Of a stretch of 30,041 nucleotides of DNA, positions 9,433 through 18,330 are shown piece after piece; the stretch's first letter is position 1, and each line of letters starts with the position of its first letter. The position numbers and the translations under genes were made by a program. The notes under the pieces were generated by a model. It worked only from the letters and a program-made list of their open reading frames with translations. It searched no databases and was not told where the DNA came from. Source of the stretch: Candidatus Thorarchaeota archaeon (GTDB lineage: Archaea > Asgardarchaeota > Thorarchaeia > Thorarchaeales > Thorarchaeaceae); NCBI GenBank assembly GCA_003345545.1, contig PRDH01000006.1, positions 1 to 30,041 of the forward strand. The letters run 5' to 3'.

Positions 9433-10041
9433 ATGGCTGAATATCATCTGACCACACCAATCACTGAAGCCGACGCTCGAAAGCTCAAAGTCGGGGATGT
9501 TGTGTATATTTCCGGCAAGCATGTCTATACTGCTCGTGATGAAGCCCATGAACGAGCACTAAAGATGTTCGAGAAGGGAGAGAGACCTCCGGTTGACTTT
9601 GAGGGTAGCGTAGTATATCATGTTGGCCCGATAGCTTGGCAGAAGAAAGGCAAATGGGTGATTGTTTCTGCTGGACCTACCACAAGCCGTAGGATGGAGC
9701 TCTTTGAGGACGAGTTCCTCAGGAAGTATAAGGCTCGGATTATTGTCGGTAAGGGTGGAATGGGTCCGAAGACTCTTGGCGCCTTGAAGGAGGTCGGAGC
9801 AGTCTATTGCAGTTATACAGGAGGCTGCGGCGCGTTGGCGGCAAAAGGCCTGAAGGATGTCAGGGCCTATGAGTGGCAAGACCTAGGAATGCCTGAGGCG
9901 CTATGGGTCATCACAGCCAAGGAGTTTGGTCCTCTTCTTGTAACGATGGATTCTCACGGCAATAGCATACATGCTGACATGGACAAGCTCATCGCCAGTC
10001 GAAAAGCTGACGTGTACGCAAAGATAGGAATCAAGCAATGA
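9433..10041 (+). CDS. Fe-S fumarate hydratase/tartrate dehydratase, beta subunit
   Basis: TARDEAH, GPTTSRRM, GKGGM, DLGMPEALW, FGPLLVTMDSHG; starts 1 nt after the alpha subunit stop. Confidence 0.95.
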   Translation: MAEYHLTTPITEADARKLKVGDVVYISGKHVYTARDEAHERALKMFEKGERPPVDFEGSVVYHVGPIAWQKKGKWVIVSAGPTTSRRMELFEDEFLRKYKARIIVGKGGMGPKTLGALKEVGAVYCSYTGGCGALAAKGLKDVRAYEWQDLGMPEALWVITAKEFGPLLVTMDSHGNSIHADMDKLIASRKADVYAKIGIKQ

Positions 10042-10241
10042 GCTTTGAGGGCAATCAAGGCCCCTGCCTAATATTCAGAATTCTTCTTTGAACAAGAGTG
10101 TCTGGAACCAGGACTACATCACCGAGCTACGATGCGGATCACATTACCAGCCTGCTGTTTTCAATCCCAATAGTAACTCTTAAACGAAGCGCGCAAGCTG
10201 AACCGCTCACCAATGGAGAGCGCTCCACAGGAGGACCCTAG

Positions 10242-11930
10242 TTGGACTACAAGACTATCATGTGTGATGTGCTCATTGTAGGCGCTGGCGGAGCTGGGTG
10301 CCGCGCTGCAATTGAGGCTGCAGAACACAATCTTGATGTCATCATGCTAAGCAAAGAGCTCCTCGGTAAGGCTCATACAGCAATGGCCGAGGGTGGATAC
10401 AACGTATCCCTTGGGAACGTAGACCCAGATGACAACCCTGAAACCCACTTCAAAGATACAATCGTTGGTGGCAACTATCTCAACAACCAGAAGCTGGCAG
10501 AGGTTCTAGTCAATCAGGCTGCACAGAGAGTCTTTGATCTGGAGGACATGGGGGCTGTCTTTGATAGAACTCCTGAGGGCAAGATCGCTCAGAGACCTTT
10601 TGGCAAGCAGACCTGGCGAAGAACTGCCTATGCCTCTGATAGAACTGGCTCAGAGATCATGGTCACTCTGACAGAGGCGATCAGAAAGACATCTGTGAGA
10701 GTCTTTGATGAGGTATTTGCTACAAAGCTGCTCGTGACTGATGGGACTATCTCTGGTGTCTGTGCTGTGGACCTCAAATATGGTGATTATCTTGTTTTCC
10801 GCGCAAAGTCCGTGGTCATGGCCACGGGCGGTGCAGGGCGAATCTACAAGGTCACAAGCAATGCACAACTGGATGTTGGCGATGGCTATGGCATGGCCTA
10901 TGAGGCCGGATGTGACATGATTGACATGGAGATGATCCAGTTCCATCCAACTGGAATGGTCAAACCAGAGTCTGCCAAGGGTCGGTTGGTCACTGAGGCA
11001 GTCCGAGGAGAAGGTGGGATACTCCTCAATACCAAGGGTGAACGCTTCATGAATCGCTACTATCCAGAAGTAATGGAGCTTGCCGGGCGTGACCAAGTCA
11101 CACGGTCAATTATGACTGAGGTTCAAGAGGGACGAGGAACCCCAGATGGTGGTGTCTATCTCAGTATCGCCCATCTACCGAAGTCAATCATAGACTTTCG
11201 CTTGGAGAGCATGGTTGAGCAATTCGAGGATGCCGGTGTCGACATTCGCAATGAGCCCATGGTGATATCTCCAACAGCCCACCACTTTATGGGTGGAATC
11301 AGGATCGATGAACATGCTGGCACAGCAATTCCCGGACTATATGCATCTGGTGAATGTACTGGAGGAGTCCATGGCGGAAACAGGCTCGGAGGAAATGCAC
11401 TAGCTGACACACAGGTCTTCGGTGCAATCTCTGGAGAGAGTGCCGCACAGTTTGCTAAGAAGACAAAGCATCTTGGCGTGAATCGTGATGAGATTGTGAA
11501 GGAGTTTGAGCGTCTTGAAGCAATGCTCAACCGAAAGGAAGGAGTATCTCCCTCAGATGCGAGAAGCGAGCTCACGGAACTCATGTGGGGAAAGGTCCAG
11601 ATCTTCAGAAAGGAAGAGGACCTTCAGTATGCGGTCAAAGAGCTCCGCAGAATGGAGGAGAAGGTCGTTCCCAATATCAAGGTCGATGTTCCTGTGAAGC
11701 GGTTCAATCCAGGCTGGCATCAAGCTATCGAGTTTGTTCACATGGTCACTACCGCAAGGATGGTGGCTGAAGCTGCAGCATTGAGAAAGGGCAGTAGAGG
11801 AGCCCATTATCGCGTGGATGCTGATCCAAGTGACAAAGGTTACTACAATATCGTGATTCGCAAGGGAGAGGATGGTAAGATGATACTGCAAAAGGAAGCT
11901 CTTGTGATTACCAAGATCACACCACCATGA
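10242..11930 (+). CDS. tfrA: Fumarate reductase flavoprotein subunit (thiol:fumarate reductase A type)
   Basis: GAGGAG FAD motif, AHTAMAEGG, QFHPTG, TEAVRGEGG, HHFMGG, HGGNRLGGNAL, SRGAHYR; TTG start preceded by GGAGG. Confidence 0.9.
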   Translation: MDYKTIMCDVLIVGAGGAGCRAAIEAAEHNLDVIMLSKELLGKAHTAMAEGGYNVSLGNVDPDDNPETHFKDTIVGGNYLNNQKLAEVLVNQAAQRVFDLEDMGAVFDRTPEGKIAQRPFGKQTWRRTAYASDRTGSEIMVTLTEAIRKTSVRVFDEVFATKLLVTDGTISGVCAVDLKYGDYLVFRAKSVVMATGGAGRIYKVTSNAQLDVGDGYGMAYEAGCDMIDMEMIQFHPTGMVKPESAKGRLVTEAVRGEGGILLNTKGERFMNRYYPEVMELAGRDQVTRSIMTEVQEGRGTPDGGVYLSIAHLPKSIIDFRLESMVEQFEDAGVDIRNEPMVISPTAHHFMGGIRIDEHAGTAIPGLYASGECTGGVHGGNRLGGNALADTQVFGAISGESAAQFAKKTKHLGVNRDEIVKEFERLEAMLNRKEGVSPSDARSELTELMWGKVQIFRKEEDLQYAVKELRRMEEKVVPNIKVDVPVKRFNPGWHQAIEFVHMVTTARMVAEAAALRKGSRGAHYRVDADPSDKGYYNIVIRKGEDGKMILQKEALVITKITPP

Positions 11931-11943
11931 GGAGGCTAATAGA

Positions 11944-13512
11944 ATGGCGACGATCTTCAAGACCAGTGTGTTCCGATACAACCCTGATAAAGACGACGAA
12001 CCCTATTTCCAAGAATTCGATGTAGAATACGAACCTGGGATGACGGTTCTTGATGCACTCCTTTTCATTCAAGACAAGTACGACTCAAGTCTGGCCTTCC
12101 GATGGGAATGCAGAGGTGGTCAATGTGGTTCCTGTGCAGTACGAGTCAACAAGACTGCGCGAATTGCTTGCCGGACCAAAGTTGAACCGGATGAGAAGCT
12201 TATGCTTGAGCCTCTCGAGAAGATGCCGGTCATAAAGGACTTGGTCACTGATATGTCTCAGGTCTCCTATCGTCTTCGCAGAATCCGGCCATATGTGGCC
12301 CGTGATAAACCAGCTCAGCACCCTGAGATTATTCACTCTGAAGAGATTGAGAAAGTCCGTGAGATTCGAAAGTGTATCGAGTGCAGCGCCTGCCTTTCTA
12401 ACTGCCCTATCGTCCACGAAACATGGGACTATCCTGGTCCCATGATCATCCGACAACTGGCACGCTTGGAGCTTGATCCACGAGATGTTGAGGACCGTGT
12501 TGCTATGGCAATGAATGAGATGGTCTACGCATGCACGACCTGCAAGATGTGTGAGGACATCTGCCCCAAGAGCATCAAGATTCCGTCACTTGCAGTTGAG
12601 CTCCTTAGAGCAAAGGCTGTCGAGGCTGGATATCCTCTTGCAGAGGGTCAACAGGGCTTTATTGATCAGATCAATGCGACTGGGCGATCCGTCCCTGAGA
12701 AGGACAAGTCGCTTCTTAGTGAAATCCCATCTGAGGAATTCCTAGTCGATAATCCTCGTGGCAGGGTCGCCTTCTTCACAGGTTGTCTCATTGACTACAG
12801 GATGCAGAACACTGGAAAGGCTCTGATCGAGGTCCTGAATCGAAATCACATAGATGTCATTGTGCCAAAGGAACAGTGGTGCTGTGCTAGTCCTGCCTTT
12901 AGGACAGGCGATCTCAAGACAGCTCATGCCGCAGTTGAGAGGGTCACCGAGATATTCGAGCATACAATGGAGAAGTACAACCTCGATACAGTTGTAGTTG
13001 CATGTGCGGGTTGTGGGAAGACTCTACGGGAGGATCATCGCCCCATCATTGAGGAGAGGCGCGGTGAGCCACCGAAATTCAAGGTGTATGATCTAGCTGA
13101 GTACATGCTGGATGTCATAGGAAAAGAGAACATAGTCCCTCCCAAGGGCAGGATAAAGCTCAAGGTCACCTATCATGAACCCTGCCATCTGGGCCGTGGC
13201 CAGGGCGTTGTCCGCCAGCCGATAGAGCTTCTGAAGATGATTCCTGGCGTGAAGTACATCGATGACCCTATGAAGAACCGGTGCTGTGGTGCAGGTGGCG
13301 GTGTCCGTGCTGGTCAACGCGAACTGTCACAGAAGATTGCCAACACCAAGAAGGAGTACATTCTAGCGACTGGTGCTGATATGGTCGCAACAGAGTGTCC
13401 ATTCTGTACAATCCAGATCAATGATATGATGAAGGAGGAGAAGATGAAAGTGCGCTACATCCCTGACCTCCTTGCGGAATCCTACAGAAAGGGTGACAAC
13501 AGCGGCAAATGA
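11944..13512 (+). CDS. tfrB: Thiol:fumarate reductase subunit B (2Fe-2S, two 4Fe-4S, two CCG domains)
   Basis: CRGGQCGSC...C, CIECSACLSNCP, CTTCKMCEDICP, followed by HdrB/HdrD-like CCG domains (FFTGC..WCCASP..CAGC; YHEPCHL..CCGAGGG..CPFC). No membrane-anchor genes follow. Confidence 0.88.
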   Translation: MATIFKTSVFRYNPDKDDEPYFQEFDVEYEPGMTVLDALLFIQDKYDSSLAFRWECRGGQCGSCAVRVNKTARIACRTKVEPDEKLMLEPLEKMPVIKDLVTDMSQVSYRLRRIRPYVARDKPAQHPEIIHSEEIEKVREIRKCIECSACLSNCPIVHETWDYPGPMIIRQLARLELDPRDVEDRVAMAMNEMVYACTTCKMCEDICPKSIKIPSLAVELLRAKAVEAGYPLAEGQQGFIDQINATGRSVPEKDKSLLSEIPSEEFLVDNPRGRVAFFTGCLIDYRMQNTGKALIEVLNRNHIDVIVPKEQWCCASPAFRTGDLKTAHAAVERVTEIFEHTMEKYNLDTVVVACAGCGKTLREDHRPIIEERRGEPPKFKVYDLAEYMLDVIGKENIVPPKGRIKLKVTYHEPCHLGRGQGVVRQPIELLKMIPGVKYIDDPMKNRCCGAGGGVRAGQRELSQKIANTKKEYILATGADMVATECPFCTIQINDMMKEEKMKVRYIPDLLAESYRKGDNSGK

Positions 13513-13513
13513 C

Positions 13514-13654
13514 TTGAACAGAGTTGGACAGGTGCTTATATGGTCGGGTCCCAAACACTCCTGCGAGGATAATCCCGCGCGAACTCTGTCCTCACGGAGT
13601 CGAGCCCAATGCCGCTTCTGGGCGGACAGCACTTTGGTGTCCAAGTCTGTCCAG
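13514..13654. ncRNA. Putative structured RNA or inverted-repeat element (unknown family)
   Basis: 13518-13530 pairs with 13638-13650 (12 of 13 Watson-Crick), enclosing GTGCT/AGCAC, ACTCC/GGAGT plus GAGGA/TCCTC, and CCGC/GCGG stems. Confidence 0.4.
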
Positions 13655-13688
13655 CTAACAATGAACGGTGACAAATAGCCTATTCTAG

Positions 13689-13723
13689 GTGTGACTGAGA
13701 GGGCACCACCTCCTCACGCACAC
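13689..13723. terminator. Hairpin between convergent genes, possible terminator
   Basis: GTGTG/CACAC, TGAG/CTCA and AGG/CCT stems directly after the stop of the 423-aa gene. Confidence 0.3.
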
Positions 13724-13727
13724 TCTC

Positions 13728-14999
13728 TCACTTGTCCTTCAGCTGTTCTCTGAGCAGTCTATGGGCCTGCAATGCCGCAAGATGCTCTGCTATGAGCCCA
13801 TTGTCAACGAGTCCCCAGACAGCTTGAGTGAAGATCATCGGATGCGGCTCTTCCATATCACCAGTGATAGCAGCCATGACATACTGCATCATTCTGATAA
13901 TGGGCCAGTCCCGCTCAGCCATGTCGAGCAACTTGTACTCGAATGTTGATGACTTGAGGTCGAACATGGCACCCCAGATGTCCTCGTATTCTGCTGAGAA
14001 CCATTCTCTGACCTTTTTTGAGCTTGGTAGACCTATCTCTGTAGGAAGAACACTCCAGTCCGTGCCAGCGTGTCCAGTCACAAGACTATCAAGTGTGAGA
14101 TCTTCAACACTGATCAGGTCTGCACCAATATTCCTCTGAAGCTTCTTCAGAAGCCAGTGAATTGTTTCAGTATTTACGAGTCCTAGCCGTGCTGCTTCAG
14201 ATATTCTGTGAGCCAGGATTGCGTTATGACCCAGAGTGCCATAGTTTACCACAGAATTCATGAAGAGGTCTCTATTCATTGACAGGTCAGTGGGTCTAGC
14301 CAACTTGCCTATCTTGTCGTCCATGCCGAATTCGTCCGAAGCCTTGGATGGTATCTTCCTTACCAAGAACTCTGTGAGGTGCCATAGTGATGCCATATGT
14401 GGTCTGGTATATTCTGAGGGGGGCAATTCGCTCACCAAGGAGATAGGCATGATAAACGTATGACCAAGCTTGTCCGGTTCTTCTGCAGCTATCGAAGACG
14501 TGGCACGGATGAGCATAGTCTGATCTTCTCCGGCACCCAACACAGCTGCCGCTTTGAGAGCACTCATCTGTACTCTCTCTCTGATAGATTGAACATAGAC
14601 TTGAACTGCATTTCCTCGCGAGTCTAGACGAGTCTCAATATCGTATCTGGGTCCCTGTTCCAAGCGCCAATGGTCAGTATCTGCTAGGTGGTATGCCAAT
14701 CTCTCTATCAATAGTTCCTGAAGGCCCGTCCTCTGTTCATCAGAAAGGTCAATGAAATCTCTCGCTTTCGGCTTATCTGCCACAAGTCCAGAATGCTCAC
14801 CAAGACTCTCAATCATCCGATGAATACTATAGACTGCAATTGTGGCATGTGATGTATCATATGTACGTTCTTCATGCCAGGAAGCAGCATGCATAATGAT
14901 TGCCCAGATGGCTGATGTCCTGACCGAAGGGAGCAGGGATTTGACAGCTTTCACTGCCTCCCTACCATTCGCATGTAGACATGCCTCGAGAAGGTCCAT
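13728..14999 (-). CDS. Hypothetical all-helical protein with four H-x-x-I motifs
   Basis: 423-aa ORF filling the gap; motifs SHATI, GHTFI, GHNAI, PHPMI. Confidence 0.75.
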   Translation of the reverse strand: MDLLEACLHANGREAVKAVKSLLPSVRTSAIWAIIMHAASWHEERTYDTSHATIAVYSIHRMIESLGEHSGLVADKPKARDFIDLSDEQRTGLQELLIERLAYHLADTDHWRLEQGPRYDIETRLDSRGNAVQVYVQSIRERVQMSALKAAAVLGAGEDQTMLIRATSSIAAEEPDKLGHTFIMPISLVSELPPSEYTRPHMASLWHLTEFLVRKIPSKASDEFGMDDKIGKLARPTDLSMNRDLFMNSVVNYGTLGHNAILAHRISEAARLGLVNTETIHWLLKKLQRNIGADLISVEDLTLDSLVTGHAGTDWSVLPTEIGLPSSKKVREWFSAEYEDIWGAMFDLKSSTFEYKLLDMAERDWPIIRMMQYVMAAITGDMEEPHPMIFTQAVWGLVDNGLIAEHLAALQAHRLLREQLKDK

Positions 15000-15027
15000 A
15001 TGGGTGTGTCACCAGGCCATACCAATA

Positions 15028-15570
15028 CTATGTGACTATGAATGATTCTCTGCATACAGAACATGTGACCGTTTCACCCTTGACTGCCACACGTTCCAGG
15101 TCAGTCCTACAATACGGGCAACCATGGATTGTCTTCGGTGCGGGTCCACTACCTGTGCCAAGAATGAGATCGCCTGAATCATGGTCGATTCTGCCTGAGA
15201 TTTCCCGCCCATCAAGAAGGTCTCCTAGAATCTTTGTGACAATCTGAGGTGGAACTCCAGACTCCTGAGATATCCTCTCAATTGGGATCTTTCTCATAGA
15301 TTGGACCGTTCTCTGGACTGCCGTGACGGGATCAACAGTAGCTTTCTTCTGAACGGGGGGCGAATATAGTCTTGCAGATCGTAGGTCGGATGCTTCTATT
15401 TTCTTTGCAGGTGGAGGCGCCCGAACCGGTTCTCCAACGTTCTTAAGCTGCTGCCGAAGGCCTGCTATCTTAGTCTTATACTCGTCTTCTGATACCCATC
15501 CGCGCATGTAATCAAGGTCTAGATCCTTAATTGCGGACTCAAGCTTTGCTACTTCGTCTTCGTGCTTCAT
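15028..15570 (-). CDS. PCI-like winged-helix protein with N-terminal SHOCT-like helix pair and C-terminal Zn ribbon
   Basis: GWVSEDEYKTK (SHOCT-like); IPIERISQESGVP..IVTKILGDLL..EISGRIDHDSGDLIL (PCI winged-helix pattern); CPYC...CSVC. Confidence 0.7.
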   Translation of the reverse strand: MKHEDEVAKLESAIKDLDLDYMRGWVSEDEYKTKIAGLRQQLKNVGEPVRAPPPAKKIEASDLRSARLYSPPVQKKATVDPVTAVQRTVQSMRKIPIERISQESGVPPQIVTKILGDLLDGREISGRIDHDSGDLILGTGSGPAPKTIHGCPYCRTDLERVAVKGETVTCSVCRESFIVT

Positions 15571-15663
15571 TATTGTCAGCTCCTGGGTTCAGATATTGTG
15601 TGTACTACGGCAACTCTGACAATATAAGCGGAGCTATTCTATAGTCAACTACAAAATAGTTTC

Positions 15664-16224
15664 TTAGTCAGTCAGTCGGCGTCCCTCTGGAAGTTCATCC
15701 AGAAGCAATCCTTCCTTCTCGATTCTCTTGACTGCCTTCTTTGCCTTTGCGCCGCCTATGTTTTCAAGAGCGCCAGCAACAGTCTGTCTCACAAAGACAG
15801 ATTCGTCCTCAAGTGAGCTTATCAGTGCGTCAACAGCCTTCGGGTCCTTTCTTTCCCCCAGCTGGGCGGCGACATGAATTCTCATCATCTGTCTGCGGTC
15901 ATGCAGCCCTTGAATCAGTATTCCCGTGGCTCGTGAGTCCTTCAACTGACTCAATCGTTCCACCGCGCCGAGAGCGACCTGTTCATCATCGCTCTGTATT
16001 TCTGCCTGAAGCTCCTTGAGGATATGATCATCCTCTTTGCCTTTTGGTTTCTCTTTGGATTTGGCCTTCTCTGCTGTCTTGCTTGATGTCTTCTTGACAG
16101 TGACAGTGCCCCTTGTTTTAGAATCGGTTGCTCTCTTGGCCGACTTGGGTGTGGCAGAATTGGACTTGCCAGGAGTCTTCTTTGCCTTGCTCTCTTTCTT
16201 GGTGGACCGAGCGGACTTTGACAA
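15664..16224 (-). CDS. HEAT (PBS-lyase-type) repeat protein with Lys-rich N-terminal tail
   Basis: About 60-aa K/S/T/A-rich region, then three HEAT repeats (VALGAVERLSQL, RIHVAAQLGE, VRQTVAGALENIG); TTG start with GAGGAG upstream. Confidence 0.8.
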   Translation of the reverse strand: MSKSARSTKKESKAKKTPGKSNSATPKSAKRATDSKTRGTVTVKKTSSKTAEKAKSKEKPKGKEDDHILKELQAEIQSDDEQVALGAVERLSQLKDSRATGILIQGLHDRRQMMRIHVAAQLGERKDPKAVDALISSLEDESVFVRQTVAGALENIGGAKAKKAVKRIEKEGLLLDELPEGRRLTD

Positions 16225-16356
16225 GACGTCTTCTCCTCTATTTCCAAAAGACAGTTATTGCTTCCAGCATTGACTCATATAAAGTGTCGGGGAGTCTATA
16301 ACCACAACAGAAACGCCTTAACGGAAGGCAGAAGCTAGTCATCAAGGTGTGAGATA

Positions 16357-16749
16357 TTGCACGAGTTCTCAGCTGCATGTTCAATAGTCGATACTGCTCT
16401 TGAGGCTGCAAGAAACAACAATGCCACCAAGGTCACTGTCGTCAATATTGAATTGGGCCAGTTCACATTTATCATTCCTGAGCAATTGGCCTTCAATTTC
16501 GAGATTGCAAGCAAGAACACTATTCTAGAGGGAGCTGACCTCCGAATAAAAAACGTAAAGGGTCGATTAGCGTGCAAGGACTGTAGTTTTGAAGGGGACT
16601 CTGAGGTTGACCGAGATCTCCCGCCCCAACTGGCTATCTTTGCTCCGATGAAGTGTCCAAAATGTGGGAGCAGTTCCACCCGGATAACGGGGGGAAAAGA
16701 CTTCATCATCACTAACATTGAGGCTGAGATTGCAGAGTCGTCTGCATGA
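16357..16749 (+). CDS. hypA: Hydrogenase maturation nickel metallochaperone HypA
   Basis: MHE N-terminus, CKDC and CPKC Zn motifs, ITGGKDFII; TTG start. Confidence 0.93.
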   Translation: MHEFSAACSIVDTALEAARNNNATKVTVVNIELGQFTFIIPEQLAFNFEIASKNTILEGADLRIKNVKGRLACKDCSFEGDSEVDRDLPPQLAIFAPMKCPKCGSSSTRITGGKDFIITNIEAEIAESSA

Positions 16750-16781
16750 AGTCAAATTGGTCTAGACCAACTTTGTCCTGA

Positions 16782-17159
16782 TTAGATCAGAACTGCGTTG
16801 ACTATCCCCTCTTGACCAGGACGGCTCGTGACCTTGGCTCGCCCCTTAGTTGTCTTGATGATTGTGCCTCGTGTAATGACCTTTCTCCGCTGGTAGTCCA
16901 TGTTAGCCGGGTTCATCTCGACATCTTGAATCTCGGCGCGAAGAGTGACTCTCTTATTTGGATCAGTCACATTGACATACTTCACTCTAAAGGCTGGCAT
17001 CTTCTTTGCCTTGCCCTTGCTATCTATCGTTTTCCTCATGATTTCACCCATAAGGGTCTCAGTAGGAGTGCGGCCCATCTCATACTTCCTCTTGCTTCTG
17101 AATCGTTTTATTCGTGCTCCGGTGTTTGTACGATTGGACCTTGTGTGCCAGATGGCCAT
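16782..17159 (-). CDS. rps8e: 30S ribosomal protein S8e
   Basis: TGAR..RSKRKYEMGR, NPAN..Y.RRKVITRGTII, VTSRPGQEGIVNAVLI. Confidence 0.97.
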   Translation of the reverse strand: MAIWHTRSNRTNTGARIKRFRSKRKYEMGRTPTETLMGEIMRKTIDSKGKAKKMPAFRVKYVNVTDPNKRVTLRAEIQDVEMNPANMDYQRRKVITRGTIIKTTKGRAKVTSRPGQEGIVNAVLI

Positions 17160-17316
17160 TTCGGACTACCTCTTTATTTATTCAGTGACGCACGCTGTGG
17201 AGTGGTTTTAAATCTTACTTAGTGGCGAACTCCTTGACTCTCCATAACGTCCGGATAGTCCCCTTCAAATACATCTGAAATGCGTCCTGATACATATCAC
17301 TGTCGGAGGATAACAT

Positions 17317-18330
17317 ATGGCCAAGATTGAGTCCGCTCACGGGGCTGGCGGAAGGATTATGCAACGGCTCCTTGAAGAGATTGTCATTCCATCATTCGGT
17401 CTGAGAAAGATTGGCTCAATCGGTCTTGATGAAATGGATGATGGAGCGACTCTAGAAGTACAGGGCCATCATCTGATAGTGACCACTGATGCACACACCG
17501 TCCATCCTATCTTCTTTCCGGGTGGCAATCTGGGCACTTTGAGTGCCTGTGGGACTGTGAACGACCTTGCTGTGATGGGCGCACGGCCTGTGGCAATGAC
17601 AAACACGGTGATCATTGAAGAGGGTATGGAGATTGAGACTCTTCAGGCCATCCTAAAGTCATTGAACGCGATCATTGAACCCCTCGGTATTGCGATGATT
17701 GCTGGTGATACAAAGGTCATGCCACCAGGAACACTCGATGGACTGGTGATGTCAACGACGGGTATAGGCGAGGTCTATCTTGACCATCCCGTGTCTGATA
17801 CTGGCGCTCAACCGAGTGATGACGTCATAATCACTGGACCAATTGGAGACCATGGTACGGTCCTTCTAGCACATCGAGAGGGCCTGGAATTCGAAACGAG
17901 CTTGACTAGCGATGTGGCTCCTCTCTGGGAACCAATCCGCGACTGTCTAGATGCTGGTGGCATTCATGCTATGAAAGATCCAACAAGGGGCGGCACTGCA
18001 GTTGCATTGAACGAGATTGCCTCCAAATCCAAATTGGAGATGGAGCTAAAGGAAGTCCAGATTCCAGTACGCCCAGCTGTTCAGTCCCTCTGTGATGTTC
18101 TTGGCCTGAACCCTCTGCATATGAGTAGTGAGGGAAGGGCAGTGATGGCGGTGGACTCCAGCAGAACTGACGATATCATGTCAGCCCTTCAAAAGCATGC
18201 TACCACAAAGGATGCACGGGTTGTTGGAACAATAAGGAAGGGGACTCCGAGAGTTCTATTGAAGACAGCAATTGGTGGAAGAAAGGTGATTCAAGTACCA
18301 TATGGCGAGCCGGTACCTCGTGTCTGCTAG
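17317..18330 (+). CDS. hypE: Hydrogenase maturation protein HypE
   Basis: HGAGG, PIFFPGG, GTVNDLAVMGA, GDTKV, MKDPTRGG, and C-terminal PRVC carrying the reactive Cys. Confidence 0.95.
   Translation: MAKIESAHGAGGRIMQRLLEEIVIPSFGLRKIGSIGLDEMDDGATLEVQGHHLIVTTDAHTVHPIFFPGGNLGTLSACGTVNDLAVMGARPVAMTNTVIIEEGMEIETLQAILKSLNAIIEPLGIAMIAGDTKVMPPGTLDGLVMSTTGIGEVYLDHPVSDTGAQPSDDVIITGPIGDHGTVLLAHREGLEFETSLTSDVAPLWEPIRDCLDAGGIHAMKDPTRGGTAVALNEIASKSKLEMELKEVQIPVRPAVQSLCDVLGLNPLHMSSEGRAVMAVDSSRTDDIMSALQKHATTKDARVVGTIRKGTPRVLLKTAIGGRKVIQVPYGEPVPRVC

Noticed and set aside
13540-13610. 5S rRNA-like words (ACAC, ATCCC..GAAC, CGGAGTCGAGCCC) within the structured element
   Set aside because: The spacing is incompatible with 5S helix III/loop C, and no helix IV/V-loop E arm is recognisable.
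13661-13699. SECIS-like pattern (ATGA...AAA...mini-hairpin CCTA/TAGG...GA) downstream of tfrB
   Set aside because: The helix between the core and AAA is too short and imperfect. No gene in the window has an in-frame TGA at a conserved Cys position, and the TGA stops of tfrA and the fumarase beta gene fall at the expected protein ends and are soon followed by other stops.
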